Numbered from the stretch's first letter, positions 13,367-25,625 are shown. The stretch is 64,000 nt of DNA from Mobula hypostoma (GCF_963921235.1 NC_086105.1:134106001-134170000); one strand, 5' to 3'. Numbers and translations are program-made. Notes: generated by a model not told the origin, from the letters alone.

Positions 13367-14188
13367 TAGAAACATAGAAAACCTACAGCACAACACAGGC
13401 CCTTCGGCCCACAAAGCTGTGCCGAACATGTCCTTACCTTAGAAATTACCTAGGGTTACCCATAACCCTCTATTTTTCTCAGGTACATGTACCTGTCCAG
13501 GAGTCTCTTAAAAGACCCTATCGTATCTGCCTCCACCACCATTGCTGGCAGCCCATTCCACACACTCACCACTCTCTGCGTAAAAAATTTACCCCTGATA
13601 TCTCCTCTGTACCTACTTCCAAGCACCTTAAAACTGTGCCCACTCCTGCTAGCCATTTCAGCCCTAGGAAAAAGCCTTTGACTATCCACACGATCAATGC
13701 CTCTCATCGTCTTGTACACCTCTATTAGGTCACCTCTCATCCTCCTTCGCTCCAAGGAGAAAAAGGCTGAGTTCACTCAATCTATTCTCTTAAGGCATGC
13801 TCCCCAATCCAGGCAACATCCTTGTAAATCTCCTCTGCACCCTTTGTATGGTTTCCACATCCTTCCTGTAATGAGGTGACCAGAACTGAGCACAGTACTC
13901 CAAGTGGCGTCTGACCAGGGTCCTATATAGCTGCAACATTATCTCTCGGCTCCTAAACTCATTCCTATGATTGATGAAGGCCAATGCACCGTATGCTTTC
14001 TTAACCACAGAGTCAACCTGCACAGCAGCTTTGAGTGACCTATGGACTCAGACCCCGAGATCCCCCGATCCCCCACACGGCCAAGAGTCTTACCGTTAAT
14101 ACTATGTTGTTCCATCATATTTGACCTACCAAAATGATCCACCTCACACTTATCTGGGTTGAACTCCATCTGCCACTTCTCAGCCAAG
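13367..14188 (-). mobile_element. CR1 LINE 3' fragment
   Basis: ORFs 13456-14187: WQMEFNPDKC, LEYCAQFWSP, RRRMRGDLIEVYK; TTCTATGT-type tail. Confidence 0.9.
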
Positions 14189-14627
14189 TTTTGCTTCTGG
14201 GAATGGAACTGGGTCCTGGCTGTTCATCTATAGGGTCGTTCCATAAGATGCTTGTCAACATGGACATCCAGAGTGATGAGGCTTTTGAGGTCAGTGGGCA
14301 TTGCCAGGGTAGACAGCTGATCTTTCAAGCGCTCTGAGAGGCCGTGATGGTAATGGACTAGCAGTGCTTCGGCATCCCAGCTGCATTCCGCCGTGGGGGA
14401 GTTCAGATACCAGAATATAGGGCTCTGAGGTGGAAGGCTCAGGGCTGTTGTAGTGAGACACTGAGCTGGTTGAGAGTGGTGACCAGATTGTCAATGATTT
14501 CCTCATTTAGGTGTATAACTTCCTTCTGGCGAGCAAACTTTGCTGAGTCAATCACTAACTCACCCATCCCATCAGGAAATATAAAAGAGTTTTGACCCAA
14601 ATGCTGAATAATGGAGATAACTTAGCA

Positions 14628-14700
14628 CAGGGGTTCTCAGCCTGGGGTCCATGGACCCTTTGGCATTAGTCCATGGCATTAAAACAGTAAGGAATCCCCG
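14628..14700. mobile_element. hAT-type MITE
   Basis: CAGGGG...CCCCG termini; 8-bp flanks ACTTAGCA/ATTTAACA; reverse homologue of 38282-38361. Confidence 0.7.
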
Positions 14701-16512
14701 ATTTAACAGTAAGCAATAACTTTAATAATGAACTGCAAAATAACAAGCCAAAAGGGGTCACACAACAAGAAAAACAAATACTTAACACAACAAGGTAACT
14801 GAAGGCTTGGAGCAACTGGATGAACAAGGATTGTGGATGAGAGTTGGGTTTAAATAGGCTGCAGGTGATGGAGTTGGAAATGAGTGGCAAGTGACTCTTG
14901 TTAGCTGAGTGGAGACTGGGATGTCTGTGCAGACCTGACAAAAGTCTTTGTGATTCAAAACGTTATAGACAAATGTGAGGAAGAATTGATTGTTCGAAGT
15001 TTCATCTCTGTATTAGTGATTGTAATACTTAAAAGCACCTTCTTGTATTTATTTTCTATCCATTGATAAGATCATTGTTTTGAAACAATGTAGTTATTCA
15101 CATCTCAATTCTCAACACTTTATATAAGAGGTCCATTCATTCTCCCCATGACCACGGGGGCTTCCTCGAGGTACTCCAGTTTCCTCCCCTATTCCAAACA
15201 CGTACAGGTTAGGGTTAGTAAGTACAAGTTCAAATTCAAGTTTATTGTCACTCAACCATATATATGTACACTACCACACAAAACAATGTTCTCCTGGACC
15301 AAGGTACACAACACAATACACACATTAAGTAATATTGCCAGGAATAAATTAATAAATAATAAAATATATTCCAGAAGTTTGACATTAAGCATAAGGTCCA
15401 TTTTCAACACATGGCAAAAAGTAAACAGTATAACAAGATTGGTGTTTTATAAGTGATGAAACCTAGGTGGTGGCAGGGAGTTTAGTAGTCTCACAGCCTG
15501 AGGGAAGAAGCTGTTACCCATCCCTAACAGTCCTTGCCCTAATGTCACGGTACCTTCTGTCTGATGGTCAGGGGACACAAAAAGATTGTGGGATGGATGG
15601 GACTAATCCTTGATAATGTATATTGTAAGTTACTGAGCATGCTGTGTTGGCGCTAGAAGCTTGGCAGTGCTCGTGGGCTGCCTGCAGCGCATCATTATCC
15701 TTAACGCAAATGACGCATTTCACTGTACGTGTCAATCTACATGTGGCAAATAAAGCTGACCTTTAAGATATTTTATCTTGCACGCAAATTGTGTTTTTAT
15801 TCCTGCATAAATGGGATGTAAATACCTAGAAACTGCACCACTTGTGTTGGTAATTACATGCAAATTATAATAAAAGCCATCTAGCTCACACTTTGAGAAT
15901 GCTTGGTGCCAGTTAGAATTCAGGCAATGGAGTCCATTTCTCCTACCGTGATCCCACTTGCCTCTCAAAGGCCCACATGGTACCTGGTAGCACAACACAC
16001 TCAGTACCTAAATGCTACTTACACTGCTTCATTTTTGCCCCATTGTTGTATTCTCTGCAGCATCAAAGCTTTTGGACCAGACAAATATCAGGTGCAGTTT
16101 AATGGGTTGTATCTGATCACCTACCCATTCAAAAAGCTGCTGTTTTTTAATGTAGAATCAATAATAAAACCTCTTTATTGCTGCATTTATACTCACATTT
16201 GCATTCTATCTTCATTTCGCTCTTCTATCTCAGGAATTAATTATAACTTCGAACCCCGGAGACAACATGTGCAATTCTTCTTTCATGATTTTGGAAGCTG
16301 TTGAAGGGACCATTTAGAATAGCTGTTAAGGAGATTTTGTTCATACATAGAAATGGTCTGCAAGTAAGATACTGGAGGCCAAACATTATATTAATTTATG
16401 GAACTGTTCGAGATGAGTGCGCTGCACAGATCCTCGAGCTAGCTCTGTCATTGAATTGGATCAGGAGTCTTCTGCATCTTAACTCCATGCCGTGTTCTGG
16501 TTCACAAATATA

Positions 16513-17057
16513 TACTCCGTGACCACTTTATTAGTACAGGAGTGGAATGCTGCTTGGTCTTCTGCTGCTGTAGTCCATCCAATGCAAGTTTCAGCATGAC
16601 ATGCATTCAGAGATGCTCTTCTGCACACCACTGTTGTAACGCATGGTTATTTGAGTTACTGTCACCTTCCTGTCAGCTTGAGCTACTCTGGCCATTCTCT
16701 GCTGACTTCACTCATGAATAAGGCATTTTTGTCCAGAGAACTGCTGCATGGTAGATGTTTTTAGTGTTTTTTCCCCACTATCTGTAAACTCTAGAGATTG
16801 TTCTGCATGATAATCTCAGGAGATCAGCAGTTTCTGAGATGCTCAATCCACCCCATCTGGCACCAACAATCATTCCACGACTAATGTCATTTAGATCACA
16901 TTTCTTCCCCAGTTTGATGTTGGGTCTGACCAACTGAACCTCTTGACCATGTCTACATGTTTTAATGCATTGACTTGTTGCTATATTATTAGGTGATTAA
17001 ATATTTTCATGAATGTGCAGATGTACAGGACGTACCTAATAAAGTGGCCACTGAATG
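16513..17057 (-). mobile_element. Tc1-derived non-autonomous DNA transposon
   Basis: TA-flanked TIRs resembling CACTCAGTGGCCACTTTATTAG; same family as 30086-30622 and 52226-58825. Confidence 0.8.
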
Positions 17058-18614
17058 TACAATTCCCTTACTGACTAAAATATGACAATATCTGCTTGGC
17101 TCTGATTTTTACTGTTCAAGCCCTCTGTACTGGACACTAGGGAAATAGTTCTCAGTCAACTCTATCAGCTCCTTTAATTATGTTAAGCTCATCAAATAGA
17201 TCATTCCTTAATCTCCCACAATCCAAACTGCATACCAAGTGGGTCCAAAGGTTTGCTGCCTTGCATGCTGGAGGTCTGAGAAAAAGTAGAAAGCACTGAA
17301 GCTGCTCAGCAGATCTATTACAGGGTAAGTGATGGCACTGGTGTTTCAACCCAACAACAATCCGGCAGAACAAAGAGAATTTAAATTTAAAACCAGTTAT
17401 AAGGCATATAAGCAGTGAATATCAGTAAAACCTGATGTGGCACATTTAAATGCTTCAGAGAAAGAAATTTCTTGCTTTCTCTCAAATTCAAAGTTAAAGT
17501 AAATTTATTATCAAAGTACATATATGTCACCATATACTACCCTCAGATTCATTCTCTTGAAGGAATTTACAGGAAAATAAACAAAAATATGATAGTATTT
17601 ATGGAAAGCTATACATAGATAATGACTGACCATCTGATTGACTTTTGAGCCTGTCAAGAAGCTAACAGTGATGAATTATAAGCAGAAAAATAGTGCTGGC
17701 ACGAAAATTCAATCAGTCATGGTTTAATTGAATGGTGGAGTTTCTCGAGGGGCTTTCTGACCTATACTTGCTTATATTTCTTATGAAGGAAGGAAGAGGA
17801 GGAGCAAATGAATAAATTGGAAGATAGGAAAATTCTCCGTAGCTCTGAGGGACAAGTCTGTTGATAAGTTCTACTTCCTGGCTGTGGGTCTACTTCCTGG
17901 TTCTGTGGCAGTCACTGTATTTGATGCGTTTGATGATGCAATAATCCTCAAATATTAGCCTTCTGAAAACCGTGAATCTTTGTACAGCTGTATGAAGAAC
18001 TAACAATTTCAAATCAGTATGGTGAATTTTAAAAAAACACAAACTGCTGGAGGAACTCAGCTGGTTAGGCAGCAACTGAAGAGGGAGATCGGCAGCTGAT
18101 GTTTTGGGTCAAGACCCTTCATCTGGACTGAAAGGCAAGCGTCTGTACAAGGAAGTGAAGGGAAGGAGTGGAGTAAGAGCTAGCAAACAATCATATGATC
18201 CAGGTGAGGAAGAGTGATAGGTGGAGGAGAGAAGAATGGAAATAGTGACAGAGGCTGGGAGGTGATAGGGGGAGCAAGAAACAAACTGGCTGAATCACCA
18301 TCTGGTATTGGAGGGGTGCACTGCACAGGGTTGAAATAAGCTGCAGTAAGTTGTGAACTCAGCCAGCTCCCACCATGGGTGCTAGCCTCCCCAGCATCCA
18401 GGAAGTCTTCAAGGAGTGAAGCCCCAAAAAGGAGGCATCCATCATTAGGAACACTCCATCACTTAGGACATGACCCCCTCTCAGTGCTAACATCAGGGAA
18501 GAGGTAGAGGAGATTGATGGGATGCACACTCAACAATTCAGGAAGACCTTCTTCCCCTCTGCCATCAGATTTCTGAATGGATATTGAATCAATGAACACT
18601 ACTTATTTAATTTA

Positions 18615-18925
18615 GAAGACTGGCATCCATTAGACTTGCGAGACCATGGATCTGCGCCTGGAAAGTCTTCACTCTCCAGGGCGCACTCCTGGGCAAGGTT
18701 GTATGGAAGACCAGCAGTTGCCAATAAGTCTCCCCTCTCCACGACACAGATGTTGTCCAAGGGAAGGGCATTAGGACCCATACAGCTTGGCACCAGTGTC
18801 GTCGCAGAGCAATGTGTGGTTAAGTGCCTTGCTCAAGGAAACAACATGCTGCCTCGGCTGGGGCTCGAACTCACGACCTTCAGATCGCTAGTCCAATGCC
18901 TTAACCACCTGGCCACATGCCGACA
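18615..18925 (-). mobile_element. tRNA-derived bipartite RTE-type SINE
   Basis: Pol III A box (18905-18915) and B box (18862-18872); body matches the RTE 5' UTR at 48263-48401 and RTE 3' end at 51826-51873; TTTAATTTA TSD. Confidence 0.9.
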
Positions 18926-20050
18926 TTTAATTTAACTTATTAAATAAATATATATATACATATACTTCTTACTATAATTTAGAGTTTTTATTATTTGGTA
19001 TTTCAATGTACTACTGCCGCATAACAACAAGTTTCACAACATATGCAAGTGATTCTAGTTCTGGTAAACATGGTGAATAGATTGGGGAAAGAAGTCCTTT
19101 GAATGGCTCAAGCCATGGCTTTGCTGATGTGATATTTTAGTTCTGAGTCAATTGCGGGTGCAAGTCCCACGCCAACTGAATCCGAACTGGCACTATGCTA
19201 AATTAAGGTGCCATCTATCCAATGAGACATTAAACCCAATTTAGACTGTTTTCTGAGCAGGTGTAAACAATGCCAAGGAACATTGGAAAAGCAGAGGATT
19301 TTACCCCAGTGTTCCAACCAATACTTATCATTCAGTCAATATTCAAAGATTCAAAGTGTTCAAGGTAGACTTTTTATCAAATTAGAAAAATGTATGCCTC
19401 TTTATATTACTCTGAAACTCATCTTCTTAAGGCATTCACAATAGAACAAAGAAATGCAATAGAATCAATGAAAAACTCCGCACAAAGGCTGACTAACAAT
19501 CAATTTGCAAAAGACAAACCCTGCAAATAAAAAATAAACAAGTAAGTAAATAAGTGCTGAGAACATACGTTGTTGACTTCTTAGGTTGTGTTCAGTGATC
19601 AGTTCAGTGTTGAAGTGAGCAAATTTATCCACTCTGGTTCAGGAGCCTGATGGCTGAACCTGGTAGTGAGGGACCTGAGGCTCCTGTCCCTCCTTCCTGA
19701 TACCAGCAGCGATAAGACAGCATGGCCTGGATGGTGGGGGTTCTCGATGACGAAACCTGTTCCAAATGGTTCAATTTAATATCAGAGAATGCATACAGTA
19801 AAAAACCTGAAATTCTTACTCTTCACAGACATCCATGAAACAGAAAAAAGCTAAAGTGTGAATGACAGAATTATTAAAACCCCAAAGCCCCCCTCCCCAC
19901 TCCTTATCATAATATAACAACATCCCAGAAAAAACCAATAAGTTTATCGAGTTGTTAACATTTTGTTGTTCGTGGGAGGTACCTATATGCAAATTAGCTT
20001 TGTTATTTCCAATATTAGAACAGTAACCACAGATAGAAATACTCCATGGG

Positions 20051-20098
20051 TTATAATTTGCCGCAACTACGAAAAGCACCAGGTAAGTCATCTTCTAC
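20051..20098 (-). CDS. Putative terminal coding exon of unidentified host gene (VEDDLPGAFRSCGKL*)
   Basis: cacag acceptor, phase 0 matching the upstream exon, 94-bp intron, TAA stop; weak pyrimidine tract. Confidence 0.5.
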   Translation of the reverse strand, partial: VEDDLPGAFRSCGKL

Positions 20099-20192
20099 CT
20101 GTGTTATTTAATGGCACATTGGAGGAAATAGGCAACTCAGGTATCAATATTCCCGGATGGTTCATGCTATGTGAAAACTGTCTTCCTCTTAC

Positions 20193-20258
20193 CTCTGTGA
20201 GTGAGTTAAAATGAAGGAAAGATCCGCGACAATGTTTAAGGTGATCCCTTGGAGACTT
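20193..20258 (-). CDS. Putative coding exon (KSPRDHLKHCRGSFLHFNSLTE)
   Basis: ttcttttataag acceptor, GAG|gtaaga donor, 66 bp, phase 0-0. Confidence 0.65.
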
Positions 20259-20376
20259 CTTATAAAAGAATAATATTTTCCTTCCAATGGACAGCATACT
20301 CTTTAGCATTGTTCTGGAATCATTTAATATTTAGCATCTTACTTCTCTTTGACAGCCACATGAAGACGAACCTTAC

Positions 20377-20441
20377 CTCTGCTTCCACTTTCAGAATATT
20401 GATTGCGTCCTCTATCGATGGTTCACCTGTGAATCTTTCAT
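20377..20441 (-). CDS. Putative coding exon ((D)ERFTGEPSIEDAINILKVEAE)
   Basis: ttctag acceptor, GAG|gtaagg donor, 65 bp, phase 1-0; 118-bp intron to the next exon. Confidence 0.65.
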
Positions 20442-21382
20442 CTAGAATCATGCACTTCTTTTTAAGATATTCTTAAACTACCTGCCCCCCCCCCCAAAAA
20501 AAAGAACCAACGTGTGAAGTTTTAGATATTTTTTATTCTTGGCAGAGCTGTTCATGATGTATGAGTCTCTAAAAATTAAGTGCCTGCTGCTATATTGTTT
20601 CTTCGGAGATGAGATAATTGGCTGGTAAGGCAAAGAAGGAAAGCATGTAAAGAGTGAATAAAAGTTTGATCAAGGAATTTGAAAGAACGGATATTTTTAA
20701 AAGGAGGAGAGGGATAAAGGTCCTAGTGTGAGGTACAATCTGCTGTTTAGACAATTGAAACGTCGACCCAGATTGGAAGCAAGAGCAGATATCACTCTCC
20801 GTGAGTTTCACTCCTCTCCCTAGGGGGCCAGAGCTTTTTGCTGTTCCGTTGTTTGGTCTATTTAAACGAAAGCCAAGGTAGACTGAAAAGATCGGGTTTT
20901 GGGATCCAAGGCAAGAGCCGATTTCACTCATTCTCTGCGATGGTCACTTCTCTCTCCACAGCATTGATGCTATGACAACTGCCCTGGCGGCTGTGCCCTG
21001 TGCCCACTAATATGACGAACTGAGAAGCGAGGCTTTGGGCCTACTCTGGGCTGCTGTGGGATTCAGTCTGAAGACTCAATTTGGTTCAAAATGTTGTTGT
21101 TCGCTTCAATTGTTTGCATGATTTGTGTGTTTTTCTTTCTCTTGCACATCAAGTGTTGGTCTTCTACTTCTATTTTTATTCTTCATTTTTCTTTAATTGT
21201 GTTCTTTCAGGTTTCTTGCTTAGTGGCTACCTGTAAGCAAATGGATCTCAAGGTTGTATAATTTATACATTCTTGATAATAAATGTACTTTGAATGAAAG
21301 GTAATTCAGGTAAGAAATTCCAGAACTTAGCTTGTTATGTTTGAAATGAGTTGGGTGGTAGTTGCCATTGAATATGCAATTG

Positions 21383-22054
21383 GAGTCAGAAGGGGTGGTG
21401 GTTCAGGAAAAGCTTATGGAAATAGGACTTGAGTTAGAATGGGTGGTGAGATTGGAAAAGCTTAAGGAAATAGGACTTGAGTTAGAAGGGGTGGTGAGAT
21501 TGGAAAAGGTTATGGAAATAGGACTCGAGTTAGAAGGGGTGGTGAGATTGGAAAAGGTTATGGAAATAGGACTCGAGTTAGAAGGGGTGGTGAGATTGGA
21601 AAAACTTAAGGAAATAGGACTTGAGTTAGAAGGGGTGGTGAGATTGGAAAAGGTTATAGAAATAGGACTTGAGTTAGAAGGGGTGGTGAGATTGGAAAAG
21701 GTTATAGAAATAGGACTTGAGTTAGAAGGGGTGGTGAGATTGGAAAAGCTTAAGGAAATAGGACTTGAGTTAGAAGGGGTGGTGAGATTGGAAAAGGTTA
21801 TAGAAATAGGAGTTGAGCTAGAAGGGGTGGTGAGATTGGAAAAGGTTATGGAAATAGGACTCGAGTTAGAAGGGGTGGTGAGATTGGAAAAGGTTATGGA
21901 AATAGGATTCGAGTTAGAAGGGGTGGTGAGATTGGAAAAGCTTATGGAAATAGGACTTGAGTTAGAAGGGGTGGTGAGATTGGAAAAGGTTATGGAAATA
22001 GGACTGGAGTCAGGAGGAGTGGTGAGATTGGAAAAGGTTATGGAAATAGGAGTG
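21383..22054. repeat. 48-bp minisatellite, 14 units
   Basis: Unit GAGTTAGAAGGGGTGGTGAGATTGGAAAAGGTTATGGAAATAGGACTT. Confidence 0.95.
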
Positions 22055-22439
22055 AGGCAGGTTGGCTTAGATAAAGTGGGATTTATACACAGTATGAAGC
22101 TACAGTTCAGTCGCTGATCAGTAGAATCTTGACTGAAGTGGTTCATGGAACATGGGAGGTAGCATCTGTAGGCAATCCAGCAATCAAAGGGTTAAGAATG
22201 CTGCTGAGCTTCTGATCCACTGAGAGCGGACCATTCCTGGCCCTATGTCACTTCCACACCCCAGAACATAGACTGTGTCCATGCTTCCCCACTCTTCTTT
22301 TGTCATAACACCTCCCCAAGCACCACTTTGAACTCACCCCCACCCCCCAAAGTGGAAACTTGGGGCTGGGGGTGAGTCCAGTACCCACCCAGCCTCGACA
22401 TAAAGAAAGGATGCTTAAAATGTCACTGGATAATCGAGA

Positions 22440-22640
22440 TACAGCAGGGACAGTAACAGGCCCTTCTGGCCTAATTTCACCCATGTGACCAATTAACCTG
22501 CTAACCCGTATGTCTTTGGAATGTGGGAGGAAACCGGAGCACCCGGAGGAAACCCATGTGGTCATGGACAAAAGGTACAAACTCCTGACATGCAGCAGCA
22601 GAACTGGTGCTGTAATAGTGATATGCTAACCGCTAAGCTA
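22440..22640 (-). mobile_element. HE1-like tRNA SINE; other copies near 323-400, 38000-38230, 39840-40350, 42112-42510, 45205-45450, 59410-59690
   Basis: Recurrent core GGGTTTCCTCCGGGTGCTCCGGTTTCCTCCCACATTCCAAAGAC; family name by recognition. Confidence 0.7.
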
Positions 22641-23969
22641 TGCTACTGTTCTAATGTGGCAGCACAAATAATCAATCATTAGAAAACTGCCCAGGTTAGT
22701 AAAGCAAACAGCATCTTAAAGCTAACTGAATTGTTCCACTGCATTTCAAGCAGTCCTTCCAATAGTGTGCCTGCAGCTTCAGGGAATAACTGTCCACACT
22801 CATTTATGATATAATCTTGCATAACAAAATCTTTGGGAAGCAATGACCTGTGCTTCTTCCTACAGCAGAAACATCACAGCCCATCAGAAGAGGAGGAGGT
22901 GTTCCGTGTAAAACTTCCTGTCACTGCATGGCCTCAGACATAGAGAAGAAAATTTTTAAAAACATAATCTATACACTGCTTTTTAAGAGGCCAGATCCCT
23001 ATTGTTAACCACTCTGATGCTAACACCCCTCAGGATAATATTTCTGCATTAATATTATTCAAGTATTTTTGTTGCTTTTGGGTACAATGAAAGAATCCCC
23101 TTATTAGAGTCTCCTCTGTGTCCTTTCTGCTTGAGTTGGACTGAAAGTAGACAAGAGGCCATTGGGTCTCCCCATGGGAGAGTGTGGGTATGGCTTGGGT
23201 GGCAGTTTTCAGAATGTGGCTGTGACTGGAGAATATTAAGATTTAAGCTTCCATTTGTTGGTGTAAGTGGAAAGTGAAGTGGTGAATAAACTGTGGGGAG
23301 AGTGGAACTGACCAAGCGGAAAGTGGAAAGTGAAGTGGACTTGTGGTGAATACACTGTGGGGATAGCAGAACTGACGAAGGTCAGTGTGGGTCCACTCAT
23401 ATTGATCAGAAGCTTGGCCAGCCCCACTGTTCCCCTCAAGATCTGAACCCCATTACATTATCCAACCTCTATCTGCCTGCTTGGAGATCATGGAGCCATA
23501 GAGTTGTACAGTGAGAAACAGGCCTTTTGGCCCATTACATCTATGCTTACATTTTTGCCCATTTGCACTAATCCCACCTGCCCACGTTAGGTCCATATCA
23601 CTTATGAGTTGCCTATTCGAGTGCCTGTCTAAATGTCTCTTAAACATAGTGACTGTACCTGATTGCACCCTCTCCTCTGGCAACATGTTCCTCATTTCGA
23701 CCACTCTCTATGTAAAATACTTTACCCTCAGGTTCTTCCTTGAAGTTCCTTCTTCCCATAATAAACACTATTCCATCTTGTTTTGACAACCCTACCATGG
23801 GAAAAATGTCTCAGCTTGCTCCTGCCCCACCGAACTCATTTCTGCATACCTCGACACGGTTTTATCCCCCCTTGTTCAATCCCTTCTGACCTATGTTCGT
23901 GACACTTCTCATGCTCTTAAACATTTCGATGATTTTAAGTTCCCTGGCCCCCACCGCTTTATTTTCACT

Positions 23970-25331
23970 ATGGATGTCCAGTCCCTGTATACTTCCATCC
24001 CCCATCAGGAAGGTCTCAAAGCTCTACGCTTCTTTTTGGATTCCAGACCTAGTCAGTTCCCCTCTACCACCACTCTGCTCCGCCTAGCGGAATTAGTCCT
24101 TACTCTTAATAATTTCTCCTTTGGCTCCTCCCACTTCCTCCAAACTAAAGGTGTAGCTATGGGCACCCGTATGGGTCCTAGCTATGCCTGCCTTTTTGTT
24201 GGCTTTGTGGAACAATCTATGTTCCGTGCCTATTCTGGTATCTGTCCCCTACTTTTCCTTTGCTACATCGACGACTGCATTGGCGCTGCTTCCTGCACGC
24301 ATGCTGAGCTCGTTGACTTCATTAACTTTGCCTCCAACTTTCACCCTGGCCTCAAGTTTACCTGGTCCATTTCCGACACCTCCCTCCCCTTTCTGGATCT
24401 TTCTGTCTCTGTCTCTGGAGACAGCTTATCCACTGATGTCTACTATAAGCCTACTGACTCTCACAGCTATCTAGACTATTCCTCTTCTCACCCTGTCTCT
24501 TGCAAAAACGCCATCCCCTTCTCGCAATTCCTCCGTCTCCACCGCATCTGCTCTCAGGATGAGGCTTTTCATTCTAGGACGAGGGAGATGTCTTCCTTTT
24601 TTAAAGAAAGGGGCTTCCCTTCCTCCACTATCAACTCTGCTCTTAAACGCATCTCCCCCATTTCACGTACATCTGCTCTCACTCCATCCTTCCGACACCC
24701 CACTAGGAATAGGGTTCCCCTGGTCCTCACCTACCACCCCACCAGCCTCCGGGTCCAACATATTATTCTCCGTAACTTCCGCCACCTCCAACGGGATCCC
24801 ACCACTAAGCACATCTTTCCCTCCCCACCTCTCTCTGCATTCCGCAGGGATCGCTCCCTACGCAACTCCCTTGTCCATTCGTCCCCCCCATTCCTCCCCA
24901 CTGATCTCCCTCCTGGCACTTATCCATGTAAGCGGAACAAGTGTTACACATGCCCTTACACTTCCTCCCTTACCACCATTCAGGGCCCCAAACAGTCCTT
25001 CCAGGTGAGGCAACACTTCACCTGTGAGTCGGCTGGGGTGATATACTGCGTCCGGTGCTCCCGATGTGGCCTTTTATATGTTGGCGAGACCCGACACAGA
25101 CTGGGAGACCGCTTTGCTGAACATCTACACTCTGTCCGCCAGAGAAAACAGGATCTCCCAGTGGCCACACATTTTAATTCCACATCCCATTCCCATTCTG
25201 ACATGTCTATCCACGGCCTCCTCTACTGTAAAGATGAAGCCACACTCAGGTTGGAGGAACAACACCTTATATTTCGCCTGGGTAGCCTCCAACCTGATGG
25301 CATGAACATCGACTTCTCTAACTTCCGCTAA
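23970..25331 (+). CDS. PLE reverse transcriptase + GIY-YIG endonuclease (N-terminally truncated; frame open from 23811)
   Basis: DVQSLYTSIP, GVAMGTRMGPSYACLF, YIDD; Cys linker CKRNKCYTC; VIY...LYVGET...RFAEH endonuclease motifs. Confidence 0.93.
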   Translation: MDVQSLYTSIPHQEGLKALRFFLDSRPSQFPSTTTLLRLAELVLTLNNFSFGSSHFLQTKGVAMGTRMGPSYACLFVGFVEQSMFRAYSGICPLLFLCYIDDCIGAASCTHAELVDFINFASNFHPGLKFTWSISDTSLPFLDLSVSVSGDSLSTDVYYKPTDSHSYLDYSSSHPVSCKNAIPFSQFLRLHRICSQDEAFHSRTREMSSFFKERGFPSSTINSALKRISPISRTSALTPSFRHPTRNRVPLVLTYHPTSLRVQHIILRNFRHLQRDPTTKHIFPSPPLSAFRRDRSLRNSLVHSSPPFLPTDLPPGTYPCKRNKCYTCPYTSSLTTIQGPKQSFQVRQHFTCESAGVIYCVRCSRCGLLYVGETRHRLGDRFAEHLHSVRQRKQDLPVATHFNSTSHSHSDMSIHGLLYCKDEATLRLEEQHLIFRLGSLQPDGMNIDFSNFR

Positions 25332-25625
25332 TGCCCCACCTCCCCCTCGTACCCCATCTGTTACTTATTTTTATACACACATTCTTTCTCTCACTCTCCT
25401 TTTTCTCCCTCTGTCCCTCTGAATATACCCCTTGCCCATCCTCTGAGTCCCCTGCCCACTTGTCTTTCTTCCCGGACCTCCTGTCCCATGATCCTCTCGT
25501 ATCCCTTTTGCCTATCACCTGTCCAGCTCTTGGCTCCATCCCTCCCCCTCCTGTCTTCTCCTATCATTTTGGATCTCCCCCTCCCCCTCCAACTTTCGAA
25601 TCCCTTACTCACTCTTCCTTCAGTT

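Larger units (their letters stand above)
7896..14940 (-). mobile_element. Decayed Tf1/sushi-type (chromovirus) Gypsy LTR retrotransposon with nested insertions
   Basis: Homologous LTRs at 7896-8944 (split by PLE pieces) and ~14571-14940; minus-strand RT/RNase H remnants ([19 protein letters not shown]), integrase (VVDQFSKATHFIAL) and a degenerate chromodomain near 8990-9130; no matching TSD seen. Confidence 0.85.

Noticed and set aside
7891-14945. TSD for the minus-strand sushi-type element
   Set aside because: Flanks TGCTC and AAAGT do not match, so a single insertion event is not proven
18855-18925. tRNA gene
   Set aside because: tRNA-like SINE head attached to an RTE-derived body and flanked by a TSD
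21362-22146. 251-aa and 247-aa repetitive ORFs; CRISPR-like periodicity
   Set aside because: Pure tandem repeat with no unique spacers, no cas genes and no splice support
22725-22859. Minus-strand open segment KKHRSLLPKDFVMQDYIINECGQLFPE after an AG
   Set aside because: Its phase is incompatible with the flanking predicted exons and it lacks a good donor
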